A stretch of DNA of 64,000 nt. Source: an uncultured Fluviicola sp. GTDB lineage: Bacteria > Bacteroidota > Bacteroidia > Flavobacteriales_D > Crocinitomicaceae. The DNA is taken from positions 3,111-67,110 of the forward strand of contig CBFGNV010000012.1 in assembly GCA_965650275.1 (NCBI GenBank). The letters are read 5' to 3'. Below, piece after piece: positions 58,328 to 64,000 of the stretch. The notes beneath the pieces are model-generated. The model was given only the letters and a program-made list of their open reading frames with translations. It had not been told where the DNA came from and did no database searches. Position 1 is the stretch's first letter, and every line of letters starts with the position of its first letter. The translations under genes were made by a program, and so were the position numbers.

Positions 58328-58708
58328 ATGAAATTTCTAACACCTGTATTTCTATTGCTTCTTTTTAATGCTTGTTTGCATAAAAAAGTGGTTGTAAATA
58401 GACTTGAGGGTAATTGGAATCTTGAAAAGCAGATGAATACTGACGGTTCTTACTCGTATTTTTCCAATGTTCATATCCAATTTTCATCTGGTAAAGCAGA
58501 TGGAAAAACATATCTGGATTGTACTACAGACAGTGCTGGAGTTGTTTCTGTAGGAAATTATCTGGTGAGCAAAAACGGTGAAGAGTTATTCATTAACTAT
58601 GATTTGAATAATTTGGGTCGTAAAGATCAATTCACGATAGAGGATATGGATAAGAATTCATTGGTGGTTCGAAATCAGGGGATTGTTCGGTTTTTTAAGA
58701 AGATTTAA
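58328..58708 (+). CDS. Lipocalin-like lipoprotein
   Basis: Lipobox FNA-C; LEGNW.L motif. Confidence 0.6.
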   Translation: MKFLTPVFLLLLFNACLHKKVVVNRLEGNWNLEKQMNTDGSYSYFSNVHIQFSSGKADGKTYLDCTTDSAGVVSVGNYLVSKNGEELFINYDLNNLGRKDQFTIEDMDKNSLVVRNQGIVRFFKKI

Positions 58709-58783
58709 ATCGGGGCGATGTTTGGTCGGGCAGATTACAATCCGACCGTTGATGGTGGTTATGGCTTTGGTTCAGATTGCCTA

Positions 58784-58857
58784 TTGGCAATGTGCCCAAT
58801 GAGAAACATTCTTCACTCGGATTTGTTAAAAGGTCAGTTGGCAATATGCCCAATGAG
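58784..58857. repeat. 20-bp direct repeat TTGGCAAT(G/A)TGCCCAATGAG x2
   Basis: Copies at 58784-58803 and 58838-58857, one mismatch. Confidence 0.7.
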
Positions 58858-61800
58858 TTACAGCACCACTTTCTTATATTCCGCCTTGTTGCTATAATAC
58901 AAATATCCTTCAATTTCTTTTTGTCCCATTTGTTTTAAAACAGCAGCGTATTCCTGAACTTGTTGGTGATGCTTCGGAAGTTCTTCGCCCGTTTTGAAAT
59001 CGATAATGACTAACTTATTCTCTTGCTGAACAATCTTATCCGGACGTAATCGCTTTACTTCGTCAACAATTAAAGTTCTTTCGTTCAGGGAAATGCCGTT
59101 TTGTAAAATCGATTGCGTTAGTTCGTGACTAAAGAAATTGGAGAGCATTTCCATCAGGATCTCTTTGTGTTTTTCTTCGCAAAAACCTGAAATTAGGCCT
59201 TCCTCTAGTTGTAGAATCGCTTCTTCGTTATTGGAAGATCGTTCCATGACCCAGTGAAATTGTTTTCCCAGTCGAATTTGCTCCGTAAACCCTTCAGTTT
59301 CTTTGTCGAATTTTTCCCTCAAACTAATTTCCGGAAACCACAACTTTCCTTTCAAAGGCTCAATTGGATAGTAAGCCGCTTCTTCTGTTTTATGTTTCGT
59401 TATAACTGGCTTTTTGCCATATTCCAGTATCATTTCTTTCTCAGAAACTTCAACGCCTTCAAAAGATTCAATCAATTGTTTTACAGCTTTGTCGAATGGA
59501 ATTACTGTTCGTTCTTTCTGTTTACCTTCGTTTTTTGTGATCGTATATTCGTTGTAAACGTAAAGTTGGTCAACTGCCCGCGTAAACTGAACATAAAGCA
59601 AATTCACAGCATCCATTAATTCGTCTTCCAACTCTTTTTGGATTGATTCAACACTGATTCCTTTTCCTATTGTGGAGTCAGAAGCTGTTACTTCGAAGAA
59701 ATAATCATCGTTTTCACAAAGCAGATCTGATGTTCGTTTAGAAGCATTGTCGAGAATAGGGATGATCACTACCGGAAACTCCAATCCTTTCGATTTATGA
59801 GCTGTCATAATTTTTATTGCCTGATTATTCTCCGGGATCTGAACATTGGAATCTTTTCCTTTGTCTTTGTAAAACGAAATGAAATCCTGCAAATTCGGAC
59901 CGTTTCGCTTATCGTAATCAAACGCCAAATCCATTAATTGTTTTACATAAACATTGTTGGTCTTGTCAATGTTCATCAAATCTAAGGCTTCTTCCAGGCA
60001 AGAATAAATGGAAGTGAACGGCTGCATCCATTGTTTTTCTCCTATCGCAGAAAGTTCAAAGAATTTTTCAACGGAAAAGAAACTCTGCGATTCACCAGTT
60101 AAACACTGCATGTATTTACCAAAACCTTGTTCATCCAACTTTGAATCAAAATAATGGTAGGCAAAAATGGCTGCTTTTTTTTGGTCTGTTGGACGAAGTC
60201 GCCAACCTAAATAATGAATGAGCATTCGAACGGTAGATTCCGCATTCACCGAAAGAGAATCGGCTGAAACCACCTGAAAACCTTCTTTTTTCAAAGCTGT
60301 TGCCATGGCTAGACAAGCACGTGATTTCAATGCTAGAATACAAATGTCGCCAGGCAAATAACCATCAGCAATGGCCTCCTTAACATATTCAATACATTTT
60401 TGCTGATTAGTTGTGTTGTCATCGTCAGCATTTTCTGAATCAGAATCGATTGCTGAGCCCGTCGAAGAATTGCTTTTACCAACAAGTTCTATTTTTACAT
60501 ATCCGCCATCTTTTCCTTGCGGGTGCTGCTCCACAGAATCGAAATAACGTTTACCGTTTTCGGGAAGTAACTCTCTGAATTGAAGGAAAAATGAATTGTT
60601 GAAATTCACTATTTCTTTTGCTGAACGCCAGTTATCATTCAATTTTCCTTTATATCCACGCTGATTGAAGTAATTCGACTTTAAAGCAATAGACGGATCG
60701 TTGTTTGGATTGTAAATTCCGGGAAGTTCAATGAACTGGTCTGCAATTCCGTTCTTGAAGCGATAAATACTTTGTTTTGGATCGCCAACAATGAAGTTGA
60801 ACTGATCATGCGCAATAGATTCATGAACTAAGGGAATCAGATTTTGCCATTGCAGAAAAGAGGTGTCCTGAAACTCGTCCAAAAAGAAATGCTTGAATTT
60901 GTTTCCCAAACGTTCGTAAATGAAAGGTGCTTCTTCGTTTTTCACCAATTCGGAAACCAGTTGATTGAATTCTGCTACCAAAATCGTTGCTTCTCGTTTT
61001 CTCAGGTTGTTTACGTAAAGCGCAAACTCACGAAGCATTTTGGTAGAGGTGAGCTGTTTCTGAATCAAATGTAATTCTGCCAACTCTTTTCCATGGTTAT
61101 TTAACCAGGTTTTGTAATAGTTGTAAGCTTGAATTACAGTCGAAAAGTCTATGCTCTCAGCAGTTTTATGGATGTTCTTTAAAGCCGATTCTGTAAAATC
61201 GAGAAGTCCGCCATTGATTCCTAGTTCTTCTAGCTTATCAAATTTTAGGATCGCAGTTTCCAGTCGACCTTTATCCGCAAGCATCGAAGCATCAAAACCA
61301 CCATTTCTATAAGCATCAGCAATGGTTTTTCCAGCTCTGTAATACGCTTGAAGACTTTCCTTGTATTTCTCTCGTAGTTTAGCTTCGTCCTCAACACTTT
61401 GTTCCTTTTGCACAAGTGCGTCAACTATTCCCAGTTCTTTTTCGCTGAGGATGTATTTGCTTTTCTTTTTGAGTTCTTTTTTGATGTTCCAGCTTCCTTC
61501 TTCGTACAGTTTTTCCTTCCCGAAGTTGATTGCCAAACGTTGTAATTCACTTTTGTCCTTTGCATCAACTTGAAGCAAAAGCTCGTTTAAACAGCGCTCC
61601 AGAAGCTCGTTTTTTTGGATTAGAATGTCAAATTGTTCAGGTAAGTTCAAGTCACGACTAAAGGTTCGGATCAAACGCAGATTGAATTTGTCAATCGTCA
61701 TCACATTGAATTCTTCGTACTGATGAAGTAGTTTCCGAAGAACGGTTTTACTGTTTCTTTGAATATTCAGAGCAGGAATACCAACAAATTGAGCTGTATC

Positions 61801-62037
61801 GTTTAAGAATTTTTGATGTTTTGGATCATTACCGGATAACTTTCCCAAATCCTCCAGAATTCTGGTTTTCATTTCCAGTGCCGCCTTATTTGTGAAGGTC
61901 ATGGCGATGATTTGTCCCAATTCAGCGCGATTTTCATTCTCCTGAAGCAAGAGTTTCAGGTAGTGTTGTACCAAAGAATAGGTTTTTCCACTTCCCGCCG
62001 ATGCGTCGCGAATCTGTAAGGGTTTATTCAAATCCAT
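58858..62037 (-). CDS. AddA-like UvrD helicase with a C-terminal PD-(D/E)xK nuclease
   Basis: ASAGSGKT, MTFTNKAA.EM, LDEFQDTS, VGDPKQSIYRF, NWRS, MTAHKSKGLEF, RPD...IIDFKTG. Confidence 0.9.
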   Translation of the reverse strand: MDLNKPLQIRDASAGSGKTYSLVQHYLKLLLQENENRAELGQIIAMTFTNKAALEMKTRILEDLGKLSGNDPKHQKFLNDTAQFVGIPALNIQRNSKTVLRKLLHQYEEFNVMTIDKFNLRLIRTFSRDLNLPEQFDILIQKNELLERCLNELLLQVDAKDKSELQRLAINFGKEKLYEEGSWNIKKELKKKSKYILSEKELGIVDALVQKEQSVEDEAKLREKYKESLQAYYRAGKTIADAYRNGGFDASMLADKGRLETAILKFDKLEELGINGGLLDFTESALKNIHKTAESIDFSTVIQAYNYYKTWLNNHGKELAELHLIQKQLTSTKMLREFALYVNNLRKREATILVAEFNQLVSELVKNEEAPFIYERLGNKFKHFFLDEFQDTSFLQWQNLIPLVHESIAHDQFNFIVGDPKQSIYRFKNGIADQFIELPGIYNPNNDPSIALKSNYFNQRGYKGKLNDNWRSAKEIVNFNNSFFLQFRELLPENGKRYFDSVEQHPQGKDGGYVKIELVGKSNSSTGSAIDSDSENADDDNTTNQQKCIEYVKEAIADGYLPGDICILALKSRACLAMATALKKEGFQVVSADSLSVNAESTVRMLIHYLGWRLRPTDQKKAAIFAYHYFDSKLDEQGFGKYMQCLTGESQSFFSVEKFFELSAIGEKQWMQPFTSIYSCLEEALDLMNIDKTNNVYVKQLMDLAFDYDKRNGPNLQDFISFYKDKGKDSNVQIPENNQAIKIMTAHKSKGLEFPVVIIPILDNASKRTSDLLCENDDYFFEVTASDSTIGKGISVESIQKELEDELMDAVNLLYVQFTRAVDQLYVYNEYTITKNEGKQKERTVIPFDKAVKQLIESFEGVEVSEKEMILEYGKKPVITKHKTEEAAYYPIEPLKGKLWFPEISLREKFDKETEGFTEQIRLGKQFHWVMERSSNNEEAILQLEEGLISGFCEEKHKEILMEMLSNFFSHELTQSILQNGISLNERTLIVDEVKRLRPDKIVQQENKLVIIDFKTGEELPKHHQQVQEYAAVLKQMGQKEIEGYLYYSNKAEYKKVVL

Positions 62038-62166
62038 ACCCGAATTTATGGTTTTTATGAGTCACGGTCGATAATAATGATTGAAAATTCGCCGATTGGT
62101 CAATAGAAGTGGAAGATTCCTCAAAATTATTTTTTAATGAAACGAGGTTTACGTAAATTTACGAGT

Positions 62167-62928
62167 ATGAAAATGAAATTCTTCTTTCCAGCAATTTTAT
62201 TAACCATCTGCAGTCTTCTTTTCGCGGTTTCGTGTAAGAAACCTCAGGAGGTAGAGCCAGAATCGAACGACGTTACTGTTGAAGGTAAGATTGTTCCAAC
62301 TTTTGGTGGCTCAGAGTTCCAATTAGGAGCGGTTTACACGTTGACAAACGGCGTGAAATTCAAGATTACAAAACTGAAGTTCTATACGTCTGCAGTTTCT
62401 CTGGGTGGAACTCAAATGATTGATTATTCATTGTATGATTTTGAGGAAAGAGGGACAGCATGGTTTTCTAAAACCGGAGAGTTCACAGTTGGTTCAGCTT
62501 TGAATTATGCCATTGGTGTTGATGCAGATAAGAATCACGCTGATCCAACATTGCCTTCTCCATCAAGTTGGTTATATGTTACCAATGCAAATGATATGCA
62601 CTGGACATGGAATTCAGGATACATTTTTATAGCTATTGAAGGTTATTACGACGCGATAGTTGATGCTAACGATGATTTCCAAAGTTTCTCGTACCACATT
62701 GCGAGAGATGATTTCTTTACTTCAGATCAGGCTTTAACTGTTGCGCCAACTCTTGTTGCAGATAAGAAGTACGAAGTGAAATTGAAATTTGATTTTCAAT
62801 CTTTCTTCGAGAACTCGGTTCGACCAATTGATCTTGCGACTGAAAACCTGACGCACTCGTCTCCATCAGAAGACGCTTTGACTGAAAAAATAAGATTAAA
62901 CTTTGCGGAAGCATTCTCTCCATTATGA
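62167..62928 (+). CDS. MbnP family copper-binding lipoprotein
   Basis: Lipobox AVS-C; conserved MHWTWNSGYIF (WxW) motif; GVD..KNH; paired with an MbnH-like gene. Confidence 0.82.
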   Translation: MKMKFFFPAILLTICSLLFAVSCKKPQEVEPESNDVTVEGKIVPTFGGSEFQLGAVYTLTNGVKFKITKLKFYTSAVSLGGTQMIDYSLYDFEERGTAWFSKTGEFTVGSALNYAIGVDADKNHADPTLPSPSSWLYVTNANDMHWTWNSGYIFIAIEGYYDAIVDANDDFQSFSYHIARDDFFTSDQALTVAPTLVADKKYEVKLKFDFQSFFENSVRPIDLATENLTHSSPSEDALTEKIRLNFAEAFSPL

Positions 62929-63995
62929 ATAAATACTTTTTATTCTTTCTTATTGGAATAGGTTTTTTCTTGGGTTGTAAAAAAGACAATACTTCTTACA
63001 GTCCAACACCTTATGAATTGGAGATTCCAAGTCATTTTCCGCAAATGCAGATTCCAGCTGATAATCCAATGACCGTTGAAGGAGTTGCATTAGGGAAGAA
63101 ACTGTTTTACGATAAAATACTCTCGCTTGATAACACCATTTCGTGTGGATCTTGCCATGCTCCAAACGCTGGATTTTCAGATAACAACCAGTTTTCTGTT
63201 GGTGTCAATGGAGCACTTGGAAACCGTCAATCAATGGCACTTGTGAATCTGGGCTGGCAAACCAAATTTTTCTGGGATGGAAGAGCTCTTTCGTTGGAGG
63301 ATCAAATTCTTCAACCTGTTCCCAACCCTGTGGAAATGCATCTTTCCTGGCAAGAAGCTGTTTCTCGTCTTCAATCAAAAATGGAGTACAAGAACATGTT
63401 TTATCAGGCATTTGGAATTCAAAAAATAGAGAAAGAATATGTTGCTAAAGCCATTGCTCAGTTTCTAAGAACGATGATTAGCGGTAAATCGAAGTATGAC
63501 GTGATGTATAAAGTGGAGAATGGGATTCCGCTTTCTGCTGCTGAAGAAGTGATTCAGAATCAAATTACGTTTGAAGAACTTGCTGGATACGATTTATTCA
63601 AAAGTTTGGTTGGAGCAGATTGTTTCCATTGTCACAATGGGGCATTAATGCAGGTACAGAAGTTTTCAAACAATGGTTTGGATGCCACTTTTTCGGATTT
63701 GGGAAGAGGGGCTATAACCGGAAATGCAAGTGACAACGGAAAATTTAAAGTTCCATCGCTTAGAAATATTGCGTTAACTGCACCTTATATGCATGATGGA
63801 CGTTTTCAAACATTGGATGAAGTAATAGAACATTACTCAACAGGAATACATCAAAGTGGTACAATTGATCCGCTGATTGAATACGCCTTTCAGGGTGGAG
63901 TTCAGTTAGATGCGACTCAAAAAGCACAATTGAAGGCATTTTTGTTGACATTAACAGATAATGAATTTGTAACCAATCCTGATTTTCTACCGTAA
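62925..63995 (+). CDS. MbnH/MauG-like di-heme cytochrome c peroxidase family lipoprotein
   Basis: Two heme motifs, CGSCH and CFHCH; FWDGRA..LE.Q; FKVPSLRNIA.TAPYMHDGRF.TL. Confidence 0.9.
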   Translation: MNKYFLFFLIGIGFFLGCKKDNTSYSPTPYELEIPSHFPQMQIPADNPMTVEGVALGKKLFYDKILSLDNTISCGSCHAPNAGFSDNNQFSVGVNGALGNRQSMALVNLGWQTKFFWDGRALSLEDQILQPVPNPVEMHLSWQEAVSRLQSKMEYKNMFYQAFGIQKIEKEYVAKAIAQFLRTMISGKSKYDVMYKVENGIPLSAAEEVIQNQITFEELAGYDLFKSLVGADCFHCHNGALMQVQKFSNNGLDATFSDLGRGAITGNASDNGKFKVPSLRNIALTAPYMHDGRFQTLDEVIEHYSTGIHQSGTIDPLIEYAFQGGVQLDATQKAQLKAFLLTLTDNEFVTNPDFLP

Positions 63996-64000
63996 TGTAG

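Noticed and set aside
58784-58857. CRISPR array
   Set aside because: Only two 20-bp repeats and no cas genes in the window; kept only as a low-interest repeat.
1-64000. tRNA, rRNA, integrase or IS transposase genes
   Set aside because: No T-loop/cloverleaf, rRNA-like tract, or recombinase or transposase motifs found. The tyrosine-active-site gene at 50668-51711 has Topo IB motifs, not integrase motifs.

Overview
A 64 kb chromosomal segment from a Bacteroidota genome. Evidence: T9SS cargo proteins with C-terminal sorting domains, TAnnTTTG promoters, A-rich start contexts without Shine-Dalgarno, and DUF4295 after rpmB-rpmG. A Crocinitomicaceae/Fluviicola-like Flavobacteriales host is my inference. 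Most of the window is housekeeping: a 2-oxoacid dehydrogenase E2, rsfS-ftsH-cdsA-psd, birA, pyrE, bshC, lemA-htpX, icmF, cinA, rpmB-rpmG, ftsY, rplM-rpsI-rpsB-tsf, pyrH-frr, an AddA-like helicase-nuclease and an mbnP-mbnH pair. Accessory blocks lie at about 5.9-15.7 kb, 28.5-30.4 kb, 37.9-45.0 kb and 54.9-56.9 kb. I found no rRNA, tRNA, CRISPR array, integrase or transposase. The highlights are: (1) a Shedu/DUF4263-type nuclease with an N-terminal domain I cannot assign, heading a tightly packed accessory gene run; (2) an orphan, synonymously diverged copy of the psd 3' end, which looks like a recombination scar; (3) four tandem 4-TM paralogues with variable loops directly behind lemA-htpX; (4) a dispersed structured repeat with fixed TGAGTG and GTATCGAA cores and covarying stems; (5) two cassettes of a small exported protein plus a large T9SS cargo. 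All assignments come from reading motifs by eye; no searches were run.
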